A program made the position numbers and the translations under genes. Below are positions 1-9,889 of a stretch of DNA of 64,000 bases, piece by piece; position 1 is the stretch's first letter; every line of letters starts with the position of its first letter. Source of the stretch: Chthonomonadales bacterium (GTDB taxonomy: Bacteria > Armatimonadota > Chthonomonadetes > Chthonomonadales > CAJBBX01); contig JBMFSQ010000003.1 in NCBI GenBank assembly GCA_049967475.1, positions 32,001 to 96,000 of the forward strand. Reading direction: 5' to 3'. The notes under the pieces are model-generated. The model was not told where the DNA came from. It made no database searches and was given only the letters and a program-made list of their open reading frames with translations.

Positions 1-2
1 TG

Positions 3-1178
3 CAGCCCAATGCCGGTTCCCAGGGAGAGTACGCAGGCCTCATGGCGATCCGGAGTTACCATGCGGCCCGCGGTGAGGCCGGCCGTAATGTATGCCTCAT
101 ACCCCAATCTGCCCACGGTACCAACCCAGCTTCTGCCGCACTGGCCGGGTTTCGCATCGTTGTTGTAAAGTGCAACGCATCGGGCGATATAGATCTCGCC
201 GACTTGGAGACTCACGCCGAGCGGTATGGCAACGAGCTCGCAGCGCTCATGGTCACCTATCCCTCAACGCATGGCGTGTTTGAAGAGGGGATCGTGCGCA
301 TCTGCCAGATTGTGCACGAGCACGGCGGCCAGGTCTACCTGGATGGCGCCAACATGAATGCGCTTCTGGGCATTTGCCGGCCGGGCGACCTCGGCGCAGA
401 CGTTTGCCACCTGAACCTTCACAAAACCTTCGCCATACCCCACGGCGGCGGAGGGCCCGGCATGGGCCCGATTGCTGTGAAAGCGCATCTGGCCCCCTTC
501 CTTCCAGGCCATCCTCTGGCGCCGGTGGGCGGTGAACAGCCCCTTGGGACCGTGTCGCAATCGCCGTATGGGAGCCCGCTCATTTTGACGATCTCCTACG
601 CATACATGCGTTTGATGGGATGGCGCAACCTCAAATTGGCAACGCAGGTGGCGCTGCTCAATGCCAATTACCTTGCTTCCAGGCTGGGAGCTGCCTTCCC
701 TGTGCTGTACAAAGGGCGCAACGGCTTCGTAGCGCATGAATGCATTCTGGACCTTCGCCGCTTCAAGGCCGTGTCCGTTGAGGTAGAGGACGTGGCCAAG
801 CGACTGATGGACTATGGCTTCCATGCCCCAACCGTGTCGTTTCCGGTGCCCGGCACCCTTATGGTGGAGCCTACCGAAAGCGAGCCGAAAGAGGAACTGG
901 ATCGCTTTGTGCAGGCGATGCTCCGCATTCGAGAGGAGATTGCTCGTATTGAAGAGGGTAATGCCGATCAGGCAGACAATCCTCTCAAGAACGCTCCGCA
1001 TCCGGCGGAACGCGTCACATCCAACTCTTGGACGCATGCGTACACTCGGGAGGAGGCTGCATATCCGGTGGCATGGCTTCGGCAAAACAAGTGGTGGCCG
1101 CCGATGGGGCGCATTGACAACGTGTACGGCGAACGCCACGTGACGTGTATCTTGCCGCCCGCGGTTCAGGCTGAATGA
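3..1178 (+). CDS. gcvP: Glycine dehydrogenase (decarboxylating), glycine cleavage P protein, C-terminal part; 5' end lies outside the window
   Basis: Frame is open from the window edge ([13 protein letters not shown]); motifs [24 protein letters not shown] (PLP lysine), [14 protein letters not shown]. Confidence 0.96.
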   Translation, partial: QPNAGSQGEYAGLMAIRSYHAARGEAGRNVCLIPQSAHGTNPASAALAGFRIVVVKCNASGDIDLADLETHAERYGNELAALMVTYPSTHGVFEEGIVRICQIVHEHGGQVYLDGANMNALLGICRPGDLGADVCHLNLHKTFAIPHGGGGPGMGPIAVKAHLAPFLPGHPLAPVGGEQPLGTVSQSPYGSPLILTISYAYMRLMGWRNLKLATQVALLNANYLASRLGAAFPVLYKGRNGFVAHECILDLRRFKAVSVEVEDVAKRLMDYGFHAPTVSFPVPGTLMVEPTESEPKEELDRFVQAMLRIREEIARIEEGNADQADNPLKNAPHPAERVTSNSWTHAYTREEAAYPVAWLRQNKWWPPMGRIDNVYGERHVTCILPPAVQAE

Positions 1179-1236
1179 AGCAGGGCTTTGGCGGCGCGTG
1201 ACATCCCTGCAGCGGCAGCTGAGTGCAGGAGGAGGC

Positions 1237-2016
1237 ATGAAGCGCGTATCCCGCGAAGTTCGGTGGAGGTTGATCCTGGATGGCCGCAATGGCGCGGCGT
1301 GGAACATGGCTGTGGACGAGGCGATCCTCGACGCCGTCATCCAGGGCATCTCCCGGCCTACAATCCGCATGTACCGCTGGGATCCGCCCGCAATCAGTGT
1401 GGGCCGCTTTCAGTCTCTTCCACGGGCGGTGAACCTGGACGCGTGCCGGAGGTTCGGCGTCGAGGTGGTGCGGCGCCCTACAGGAGGCCGCGCGGTTCTC
1501 CATGATGAGGACGAAACCGTGTCCATAATCCTCCCGGTTCAGGCAGTCGGAAGCGCAGGGGCCAGCGTATCGGGCTCCTACCGCCTCCTCTCGCAAGGCT
1601 TCTCCGACGGGCTCGCACGCTTGGGGCTTTCGCTTCGCCAAGGTGGCGCTGAGCGCCGGGTGTCGCCCTCTGCCGACTGCTTCGCCGTGCGCACTTCGGC
1701 GGATCTCGTGACACCGGACGGGACGAAGGTTGTAGGAAGTGCCCAATATCGGCGCTCGGGTGTGATCCTTCAGCAATCCTCCATCGTCCATCGGCCGCCT
1801 TCCATATCCCCGCAGGAGGTCTTTCTGGGGCCTGTTTCCTACACGACCTTCCCTCTGGAGGACGCACCGGAGGGGGAGCTGCGCCTGGCCCTCCGGGAGG
1901 GCTTTGGACGGGCTCTCGGAATTACCCTGTTTGTGGACGACCTAACGGCGTGGGAGTATGAGCGTGCAGGGGCGCTGCTTCAGCGTGTGAAGGAGCGGAC
2001 AACCGGCGGGTCGTAA
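1237..2016 (+). CDS. Lipoate-protein ligase A / octanoyltransferase (LipM-like) family protein
   Basis: NMAVDEA, RRPTGGRAVLH, KVVGSAQ motifs; ATG 1237 follows AGGAGG; directly downstream of gcvP. Confidence 0.88.
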   Translation: MKRVSREVRWRLILDGRNGAAWNMAVDEAILDAVIQGISRPTIRMYRWDPPAISVGRFQSLPRAVNLDACRRFGVEVVRRPTGGRAVLHDEDETVSIILPVQAVGSAGASVSGSYRLLSQGFSDGLARLGLSLRQGGAERRVSPSADCFAVRTSADLVTPDGTKVVGSAQYRRSGVILQQSSIVHRPPSISPQEVFLGPVSYTTFPLEDAPEGELRLALREGFGRALGITLFVDDLTAWEYERAGALLQRVKERTTGGS

Positions 2017-2078
2017 GATGAAGAGCCGTGCCTTATACCCTGCGGACGTTGCCGTTGGAACCTGCGGCGGCCGTCGGC

Positions 2079-2110
2079 GTAGGGGGAGGACGCATAGCGC
2101 CTCCCCCTAC
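2079..2110. terminator. GC-rich hairpin between convergent genes, probable terminator
   Basis: Perfect 11-bp inverted repeat GTAGGGGGAGG / CCTCCCCCTAC; no clear U-tract on either side. Confidence 0.55.
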
Positions 2111-2158
2111 ATCATCGGCCCGATCTTGCGGCCTGTTCCATCGCTCAGCTCAAGAAGA

Positions 2159-4390
2159 TCATGCGTCTGTGGTGCGGCGCTCTAGGGAGTGGCCGGTCTG
2201 AAGGCCGAACACAAAGATCACCAAGGCGATGGCGCCCACGGCAAACAATGTGTCCCCAGGGACGCGCATCCATCGCAGGACCTGCATATAGGGCAGGTGC
2301 AGAAACGCGGCGCTGCGGGCATACCAGTATCCCCGCGTCACGGCAGCCCACGTTTGCAGGAGCCCCACAGGCAACAGGCTGAGCAGGACCATGGCCATCA
2401 ACCCTCCGTTCATGGCCCAAAACGAGAACTTCAGAAGCCCCTCCTTCCAAGGCACGCCGGGACGGAGCGCCCGCAGGCCGAAGAGCATCAAGCCAATGCC
2501 TAACATGCCGTAGACCCCAAATAGGGCGCCATGGGCGTGGACCGCCGTAGTATTGAGCCCCTGCATGTAATAAAGGGCAATGGGCGGATTGATCATGAAG
2601 CCGAAGAGCCCGGCTCCCACCATGTTCCAGAACGCAACGGCAATGAAGAACATGATGGGCCATTTGTAGTAGCGCACCCAACTGGCGGCACGCGCCATGC
2701 GGATATCTTCCCAGGCAGGGAAGGCCACCAGTGTAAGCGGCACTACCTCAAGCGCACTGAATACGGATCCCCAAGCCAGGGCCACCGTGGGCGTCCCAGC
2801 CCAGTAAAGGTGGTGCAATGTTCCGATGATGCCGCCCGCCAGGTATATGGTTCCCGAAAGGAGCGTCGTTCACGCCGCCTGCATGGGGCGGATCAGCCGC
2901 AAGCGGGCGAAGAAGAAGGCAATCACTACCGTTGCGAAGACCTCAAAGAAGCCTTCGACCCAGAGGTGCACGACCCACCACCGCCAATACTCGACGATTG
3001 ACAGAGGCGTCTGGCGCCCCCACATCAATCCGGCAAAGTAGAAACCGGCGATGGCTGCAGCAGACATCAGGTACAGACCTAGAAGGGGGCGCTGCTCGCT
3101 TGATTGCTTCATGGCCGGCCACACTGCCCGCACAACCAGCCACAACCAAAGGAGCAGCCCCACGAAGAGGCCGATCTGCCAAACGCGGCCAAGATCCAGG
3201 TATTCATAACCTTGGTGGCCCAAGTAGAACGTGGCAGCGCCGGTGATGCGGTGCTCGACGCTCATCCACTCGCCTGCGAGGGAGCCGACCACGATCACAA
3301 GCAGCGCTGCAAACAGAAGGTTCACACCAAAACGCTGCCCCTTGGGTTCCACACCGCTAATAACGGGACCGATAATCAGGCCCGATGCGAGCCATGCCGT
3401 TGCGATCCAGAACAGGGCCAACTGCACGTGCCACGTTCTCGTGACGGTGTAGGGCAGCCAATTCGCAAGGGGAATGCCGTAGAGCCCGAGCCCTTCCACG
3501 CCGTAGTGCGCTGTGACCACGCCCATCACAATCTGCGCCAGGATGAGCCCGGCAACCACCCAGAAGTATTTGACCGCCGCCTTTTGAGAGGGCGTAACCT
3601 GCGCGCCGACAAGCGGATCCTGCGTGGGAGCATCTCCCGTGTCACTGTGGTAGCGCGTTCCGGCGTAATACCATACCAGCGCGCCGATGCCGGCAAGGAG
3701 CATGATGACGCTCACACCGGTCCACACGATGACTTCTCCGGTGGGGCGGTTGCCCACCAGCGGTTCGCTCGGCCAATTGCTGGTGTAGGTGATGGTGTCG
3801 TTGGGGCGGTTCGTGGAGGCTGCCCAAGAGGTTCAGAAGAAGAACGCCGCAAGGTCTCGTATCTGCGATGGATGGGTAAGCGTGCCCGCAGGAATGGCGT
3901 ATTGGGCGTTGCCTTGCGTGAATAACTTGGTGTAGTAAGCAAGGTTCGCCTCAAAAGCCTGGGCCCGTACCGGATCTATCACCAGAGTGGAATTGGCGGG
4001 GTTATAGGTGTTCGCCCGCATCATGCGCTCAAGGCGGCTGCGGAGCATAGCCTGTTGGTCCGGAGGCACGGCTCTATACGGGCTTTTGAACTCTTGGTGC
4101 GCCCACGTGTTCAGAACGAACATGCACTCGCGATGGAGCCAATCGGCAGTCCAGTCCGGTGCGACGTAGCTTCCGTGCCCCCATACGGTTCCTAATTCCA
4201 TTCCACCCATAGCCTGCCGCACATGCTGGCCGCGCATGATGGCGCCTTCCGGGATTACCGGATGTCCGTCCGGGGTTGTGACGGTTAGGGGGATAGGGGG
4301 TGCGCCTTGGTAGATGCGCGAGCCCACCCATCCAAGGATGCTAAACGAAATCACGTTCACTAGAAGGAACGCGAGCCACAGCTTCTTCAT
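2159..4390 (-). pseudogene. norB: Quinol-dependent nitric oxide reductase (qNor, NorB/NorZ type), interrupted by two in-frame TGA codons
   Basis: ORFs 3833..4390, 2870..3757 and 2159..2818 share one frame (744 codons in total), with TGA at 3833-3835 and 2870-2872. Motifs WGHGSYVAPDWTAD, TRTWH, WVVHLWVEG, GTLHHLYW, HAHGALFG. Confidence 0.9.
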
Positions 4391-4511
4391 AGTCGGCTAT
4401 CCTTTCACGTTTGCGTCTCGGACACTCGTGTGTGGTTTCCTTGGTGCATCCGGAACTCCGTTGTGCGGCACAAAACCGTAGAGCAAACCGGAGTTCCTCA
4501 TCCAATTAGGG

Positions 4512-4541
4512 ATATTACTCAACAGGCGCGGCATGTGTCAA
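4512..4541 (-). promoter_or_regulatory. Putative sigma70 promoter of norB
   Basis: Minus strand TTGACA-N18-TAATAT about 120 nt upstream of the start. Confidence 0.55.
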
Positions 4542-4712
4542 TACGAGGACCCTACGGGAATATCGGGTAACCGTGGGCCGGCCACGCCGCCACGTTGACG
4601 TGGTGGTGCGCTGATGGAGGGGGTCCTTGCCCCGGGGATGGTTGGGGAGGCAAAGCTTCCGAGAACCGGTGAGGGCACGTTCGTCGGTCATCCGTACGTC
4701 CGTGAGCCCCTA

Positions 4713-4757
4713 TTGACAAAACGGGAGGAAGCAAGTATTCGATTGAGCACTTGAATA
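4713..4757 (+). promoter_or_regulatory. Putative promoter and overlapping ArsR-type operator of the ArsR-rhodanese operon
   Basis: TTGACA at 4713-4718; imperfect palindrome TATTCGA-N8-TTGAATA at 4736-4757 covers the expected -10/start site. Confidence 0.55.
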
Positions 4758-4775
4758 TGCAATCAAAATGGCGTC

Positions 4776-5498
4776 ATGACCGGTCGTGAATTCAAAGATG
4801 CCGTGTTTGCTCTCTTTGCCGAGATAGCGGCTGCCTTCGCCGCGCCAAAGCGCATCGAGATGATTGATGTGTTGGCCCAAGGTGAGCGTACGGTGGAGGC
4901 CCTCGCCGCAGAGACCGATCAATCTGTGGCCAACACGTCGCGGCATCTCCAGGTGCTCAAGAACGCGCATCTCGTGGTGTTTCGTAAGGATGGCGTGCGT
5001 GTGTATTACCGGCTGGCAAGTCCGGTGGTCCTGCAAGGATATCGGGCTCTACAGCGGCTGTGTGAGGACCGGCTTGCGGAGGTGGACCGCCTTACCCAGG
5101 ATTTCTTTGCGGGCGCAAGCGGGTTCGAGGCTATAGAGAAAGACGAATTGCTCCGGCGGATGCGCGAGGGTGAAGCGATCGTGCTGGACGTGAGGCCGCC
5201 GGAGGAGTTTGCTGCCGGGCATGTACGCGGCGCCGTTTCCATTCCCCTTCAGGCGCTGGAGGAGTATCTAGGGCAGCTTCCGCGGGACAGGCGCATTGTG
5301 GCCTATTGCCGAGGGCCCTATTGTGTGCTGGCGGCGGAGGCTGTGCGGGTATTGCGCCGTAATGGGTTCCAGGCGGTGAGGATGAAGGAAGGCTACCCGG
5401 AATGGCGGGACGCCGGCCTGCCTGTCGAGGTAGGTGCAACAACGCCTCCTGACAGCTTGTTTGCCCAATCTGAGGAACAAGGAGAGCTCCCGACGTGA
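4776..5498 (+). CDS. ArsR/SmtB-family regulator fused to a C-terminal rhodanese domain
   Basis: N-terminal HTH (PKRIEMIDVL...SVANTSRHLQVLK...YYRL); rhodanese motifs LDVRPPEEFAAGHVRGA and YCRGPYC. Confidence 0.92.
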   Translation: MTGREFKDAVFALFAEIAAAFAAPKRIEMIDVLAQGERTVEALAAETDQSVANTSRHLQVLKNAHLVVFRKDGVRVYYRLASPVVLQGYRALQRLCEDRLAEVDRLTQDFFAGASGFEAIEKDELLRRMREGEAIVLDVRPPEEFAAGHVRGAVSIPLQALEEYLGQLPRDRRIVAYCRGPYCVLAAEAVRVLRRNGFQAVRMKEGYPEWRDAGLPVEVGATTPPDSLFAQSEEQGELPT

Positions 5499-5849
5499 AT
5501 ATACTGATGATCCTCAAACGATCCTCCGTATGGCACAGAGCGCAGCTATAACGGACTCAGGCTCGCTGCTAGCCTTTTGCGCAGGGTGGAAACCACCACA
5601 GTCACGGTATTCTTGATGGGCGATGCCGTATCTGCAGCCAAGGCAGGGCAGCAGACGCCCAACGGCTATTACAATCTCGAGCGCATGATCAAAGGGTTCC
5701 TTGCCCGAGGCGGCCATGTGTTGCTGTGCGGCACGTGTATGGATGCCCGGGGATTGAAGAGTGATGAGCTGGTGGTCGGGTGCCAACGAAGCTCCCTGGA
5801 CGAGCTCACGGCGCTCGCTTCTTCTTCGGAGCAGGTGTTGGTGTTCTGA
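5495..5849 (+). pseudogene. DsrE/YchN-family sulfur-relay protein with a one-base insertion near the 5' end
   Basis: GTG 5495 overlaps the upstream stop (GTGA). Removing one A from AAA 5516-5518 gives MNILMILNDPPYGTERSYNGLRLA...VFLMGDAV...CGTCMDARG. Confidence 0.85.
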
Positions 5850-5873
5850 AGAGTATGGCCTAAGGAGATCACC

Positions 5874-7029
5874 ATGGGATTAGAGCGCTGCACTGTGCTT
5901 ATCCTCGGCGGCGGCGTCGGGGGGGATTGTGACGGCTACACGGCTACGAAAGCAGTTGGATCAGCGGCACCGGATTATTCTGGTGAACCGGGAGCCTGAA
6001 TTCGCGCTCGCCGCATCGTTCCTTTGGGTCGCTACAGGGAAGCGAAAGCCCCATCAGATCACCAAGTCCCTCGAGCTGCTCAAAAACAAGGGCATCGAGG
6101 TCGTTACGGGAGAGGTCGAGCGCATTAACGCCGCCCGAAAGGAAGCCGTAGTGTCCGGCCGTATTCTTCGCGGTGACTTCCTTGTCGTGTCTCTGGGGGC
6201 AGAATTCTGCCCGGAAGCGGTTCCCGGGCTTGGCGACGCGGGGCTCACGTTCTGCACGCTGGATGGTGCGTCGAGATTGCGGGAGGCAGTGGAGCGCATT
6301 CAGTCTGGGCGCGTACTCATCGTCACTGCGGATCCGGCATACAAATGTCCGGCAGCTCCATACGAGGCTGCCATGCTTCTTCACGACCTTTTCAGGCGTC
6401 GCGGCGTGCGGAACCGTATCCAAATCGAACTCCATGCCGCCGAAGCAGCTCCGATGGCGGTGGCTGGAGCAAACGTGTCCCGGGCAGTGCAAGAGATGGT
6501 GGAACGATGCGCCGTAACATACTTCCCCGAGCACAGGATCGCATCAGCGCACGCGGAACACGTTGAGTTCACTGATGGTGTCCGAAGAGACTTCGCCTTG
6601 CTGGTCTATGTGCCGCCCATCAGACCTCCCGACGCAGTGCGCCAGTCTGATCTGGCCGGTGACAGCGGTTGGGTTGATGTGGACCGGTACACTCTTGCTA
6701 CCAGGTTCCCCGATGTTTATGCTGTGGGAGGTGTTACGCTCATTCCCTTGGCGATGGGGAAGCCTCTGCCGCGGGCCGGCGTGTTTGCGCATGGGCAAGC
6801 CGAGGTTGTTGCCGCGAGGATTGCATCTACCGTCGCCGGCCGGAGCCAAGATGTGCGTTTTGAAGGCCGCGGCGGATGCTTTGTCGAAACGGGCGGGGGC
6901 CGCGCCGCATTCGGTGCAGGCAACTTCTACGCAGATCCGCATCCTACGGTTCGGATGCGCTCGCCCAGCCGCGTTTGGCACATAGGCAAGATCCTCCTGG
7001 AACGACAGATCCTCTCACAGTGGTTTTGA
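5874..7029 (+). pseudogene. Sulfide:quinone oxidoreductase-like FAD-dependent oxidoreductase with a one-base insertion in a G7 run
   Basis: ATG 5874 after TAAGGAG reads MGLERCTVLILGGGVGG. Removing one G from 5919-5925 joins this to ORF 5929..7029, which has CPAAPYE and GGCFVETG cysteine motifs. Confidence 0.85.
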
Positions 7030-7057
7030 CGCGGGCGACGGCGAAAGGGAAGGCACG

Positions 7058-8233
7058 ATGGCGACCGAGAGCAAACCCATTTATTTAGATTACAACGCTA
7101 CGACGCCCTTGCGCCCCGAAGTTCTGGAGGCGATGCTGCCCTACCTTCGGGAGTGTTTTGGGAACGCATCCAGCCTCCACGCCTACGGCAAACAGGCAAA
7201 GGCCGCCGTGGAACGCGCCCGCGAGCAGGTGGCCGACCTCATTGGTTGCGAACCTGCAGAAGTGATCTTCACATCCGGGGGCACTGAGGCGAACAACCTC
7301 GCCGTCCGCGGCGCGGCATGGGCTGCTGAGCAGCGGAGGCATATTGTAACCTCTGCTGTGGAGCATCCTTCCGTAAGCGAGCCCATCCGGTATTTAGAGC
7401 GTGTAGGGTTCGAGGTAACGAGGATCCCCGTAGACGAGACCGGAAGGATCAACCCGGCAGATGTGGCGCCGTTCCTGCGGGGCGACACGCTTCTGCTCAG
7501 CGTTATGCTGGCGCAGAACGAAACTGGGGCTCTCATGCCGGTACCTGAGCTTGCTGAGATGGCCCACGCCAGGGGTGCCCTAGTACATACCGACGCGGCA
7601 CAGGCAATTGGTAAGGTGCGCGTTCGTGTGAATGAACTAGGGGTGGACCTGTTGTCTGTCGCAGGCCACAAGTTGTATGGGCCCAAGGGTGTCGGCGCGC
7701 TCTTTGTGCGGCGCGGTGTGCGTATCGCGCCGGTCCTCGTGGGGGCGGGTCAAGAGCGCGGGTTGCGGCCCGGGACCGAAGCTGTGGCCCTCATCGTGGG
7801 TCTCGGAGAGGCATGCTCTCTGGCTGCACAGGATCTGGAGCAGGAGGCGGGCCGACTGCGGTCGCTTCGTGACGAACTCTTGATGCGCCTCAGGTCTGCT
7901 ATTCCCCAACTTCGCGTGATCAGTCCCCTGAAGCACTGTTTGCCCAATACGCTCAACGTGGCCTTCCCAGGCGTTGGGGGCAATGCCGTTCTCGATGCTG
8001 CGCCGGAGATTGCTGCATCCACAGGGTCTGCGTGCCATGCAGGGAGCGAGGCTCCGTCGCCGGTACTCACGGCGATGGGGCTTTCGCCTGCAGAAGCCCT
8101 GTCTGCTGTAAGGCTTTCTCTGGGACGCTTCACCACTCGGGATGAGGTACAACGCGCCGCAGATGGTTTGATCCGCGCGTACCGCACACTCGATCGCACC
8201 GATCCCAGTGCAGGGTATAAGTCCCGGGTCTGA
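7058..8233 (+). CDS. Cysteine desulfurase (IscS/NifS family)
   Basis: IYLDYNATTP, TSGGTEANN, HTDAAQ, GHKLYGPKG, GSACH motifs. Confidence 0.93.
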   Translation: MATESKPIYLDYNATTPLRPEVLEAMLPYLRECFGNASSLHAYGKQAKAAVERAREQVADLIGCEPAEVIFTSGGTEANNLAVRGAAWAAEQRRHIVTSAVEHPSVSEPIRYLERVGFEVTRIPVDETGRINPADVAPFLRGDTLLLSVMLAQNETGALMPVPELAEMAHARGALVHTDAAQAIGKVRVRVNELGVDLLSVAGHKLYGPKGVGALFVRRGVRIAPVLVGAGQERGLRPGTEAVALIVGLGEACSLAAQDLEQEAGRLRSLRDELLMRLRSAIPQLRVISPLKHCLPNTLNVAFPGVGGNAVLDAAPEIAASTGSACHAGSEAPSPVLTAMGLSPAEALSAVRLSLGRFTTRDEVQRAADGLIRAYRTLDRTDPSAGYKSRV

Positions 8234-8332
8234 CGCTGCGACAGGAGATCTCGGATCGGCCTGTTCCGCCGCCCTAGAGGGTGTGGCGGCATCTTTGCTG
8301 CCTCTCGGCATCCTCCGAACTGCTCGGCTTGG

Positions 8333-8827
8333 CTAGGGAGGCTGGTTCTGCTCGGCGCGCCGCTCCATATACCAACTGTCGTTGGGCGCTCGAAACGTCG
8401 CCTCTCCCGTGATGCGAAACCCGCAACGCAGATACAGTCGGAGCGCCCGTTCGTTGGACTTCACCACAGTGAGTGTCACAAGGGGGAGGTTGTCGGCATC
8501 CGCCAATGCCAAGAGCTGTTCCATTAACATCCGGCCATATCCGCGGCCGATATAGTCATCCCGCAGCCCAATGCCCAACGTAGGAGCCATACTGCGGATG
8601 TTTGCGATGAAGCCGTGACCCACGATTTCCCCTGTGTCCGTCACCAGCGCCAGGCTGAGGTGGATGCCGCGGGCTGCCTCGGCAAGATGGGCCTCCAGAG
8701 TGTCCCAGCTCACTGCGTCGAAGGGCAGAAAGACCTCCGTAACCGCGGGTGAGAGCGAGTGGTAGAATGAGAGCAACGGCGCTGCATCATCGGGTGTCAG
8801 CTCTACGATATGCAGTGGTTGGTTCAA
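8333..8827 (-). CDS. GNAT-family N-acetyltransferase (start uncertain: TTG 8827 or 8875)
   Basis: Acetyl-CoA motif YIGRGYGR and NERALRLYLRCGF. Confidence 0.82.
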   Translation of the reverse strand: MNQPLHIVELTPDDAAPLLSFYHSLSPAVTEVFLPFDAVSWDTLEAHLAEAARGIHLSLALVTDTGEIVGHGFIANIRSMAPTLGIGLRDDYIGRGYGRMLMEQLLALADADNLPLVTLTVVKSNERALRLYLRCGFRITGEATFRAPNDSWYMERRAEQNQPP

Positions 8828-8926
8828 CTGGCGGTTTTCCTGGCTGGGATGAACGGCGCGGCCGGCATGCCCCAATAGTTGCTATCGCTCAGATGCAGGC
8901 GTCGCCAGTGGCCTTGGGATCGAAGT

Positions 8927-9889
8927 ATGAAAAATGGCGGCATGAATGCAGGCGTCAACGGCGACACCGTAGCGGCGGCGCGCCTCTCCATCCTGTCGAA
9001 TACATTCTTGACGGTGCTCAAGCTGATCGTAGGGCTGACCTCCGGTTCGGTGAGCGTGCTTTCCGAGGCTGCCCATTCCGGGATGGACCTGGTGGCCTCT
9101 TGGATTGCCTATTTTTCGGTGCGGGTCTCGGCGCGTCCTGCCGACGACGAGCATCCGTATGGACACGGAAAGATCGAGAGCGTCTCCGGGATGACGGAGG
9201 CGCTGCTCATTTTCGCCGCGGCCGGATTCATCATCTTTGAGGCGGTACGGCGCATACTTGCGCACCAGCGGCCGCCTGAGGTGGGGGCAGGTCTCGTGGT
9301 GATGGGAATGTCCACACTCGTCAACGCTGCCGTGTCGGCCTACCTGTTTCGCGTTGCCCATCGGGCCGATTCCCTTGCTTTGAGGGCCGACGCCGAACAC
9401 TTGCGTACGGATGTTTACACGTCGCTGGGTGTGTTTGCCGGGCTGCTTCTTGTGCGGCTTACGCACGTCGGTGCCTTGGATGGTGTCGCGGCTATCTGTG
9501 TGGCATGCCTCATCATCGCGGCCGCCTGGAGGCTGAGCCGCAGCGCTCTCGAACCGCTTCTAGACACGCGTTTGCCGGCAGCGGATATTGCCGTTATCAA
9601 GGGCATTCTGGATCGCGACCCCCGTGTCATGGGGTACCACAAGCTCAGAACCCGGAAGTCCGGGGCCGCCCGCCACGTAGACGCCCACATCCTCGTGGAA
9701 GATCAGATGAGCTTGATGGAAGCTCACGAGCTCACGGAGCAGTTGGAGGACGAGGTGCGCCGGAGGCTACCCAATGCCGAAGTAACGCTCCATACAGAAC
9801 CCTACCAGGCCGAGCTACGCCATCAGTATGAGAAGCACGGAGGCCCCCTTCCCGACGAGGAGACCGACCCGCAGCGCCGGGAGGGCTAG
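8927..9889 (+). CDS. Cation diffusion facilitator (FieF-like) transporter (start 8927 or 8942)
   Basis: SEAAHSGMD, HPYGHGKIE, ADAEHLRTDV motifs; C-terminal dimerisation domain ending LHTEP. Confidence 0.92.
   Translation: MKNGGMNAGVNGDTVAAARLSILSNTFLTVLKLIVGLTSGSVSVLSEAAHSGMDLVASWIAYFSVRVSARPADDEHPYGHGKIESVSGMTEALLIFAAAGFIIFEAVRRILAHQRPPEVGAGLVVMGMSTLVNAAVSAYLFRVAHRADSLALRADAEHLRTDVYTSLGVFAGLLLVRLTHVGALDGVAAICVACLIIAAAWRLSRSALEPLLDTRLPAADIAVIKGILDRDPRVMGYHKLRTRKSGAARHVDAHILVEDQMSLMEAHELTEQLEDEVRRRLPNAEVTLHTEPYQAELRHQYEKHGGPLPDEETDPQRREG

Noticed and set aside
2159..4390. Genome-wide UGA reassignment or selenocysteine insertion explaining the norB stops
   Set aside because: Many intact genes here end in TGA at the expected position (gcvP, fabH, fabD, rnc, sbcD) and Trp is otherwise TGG. 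The first stop is at a Trp-like, not Cys-like, position and I see no SECIS-like hairpin after either stop.
4397..4501. 34-codon minus-strand ORF in the norB leader (MRNSGLLYGF...)
   Set aside because: No SD, no recognisable features; this length is expected by chance.
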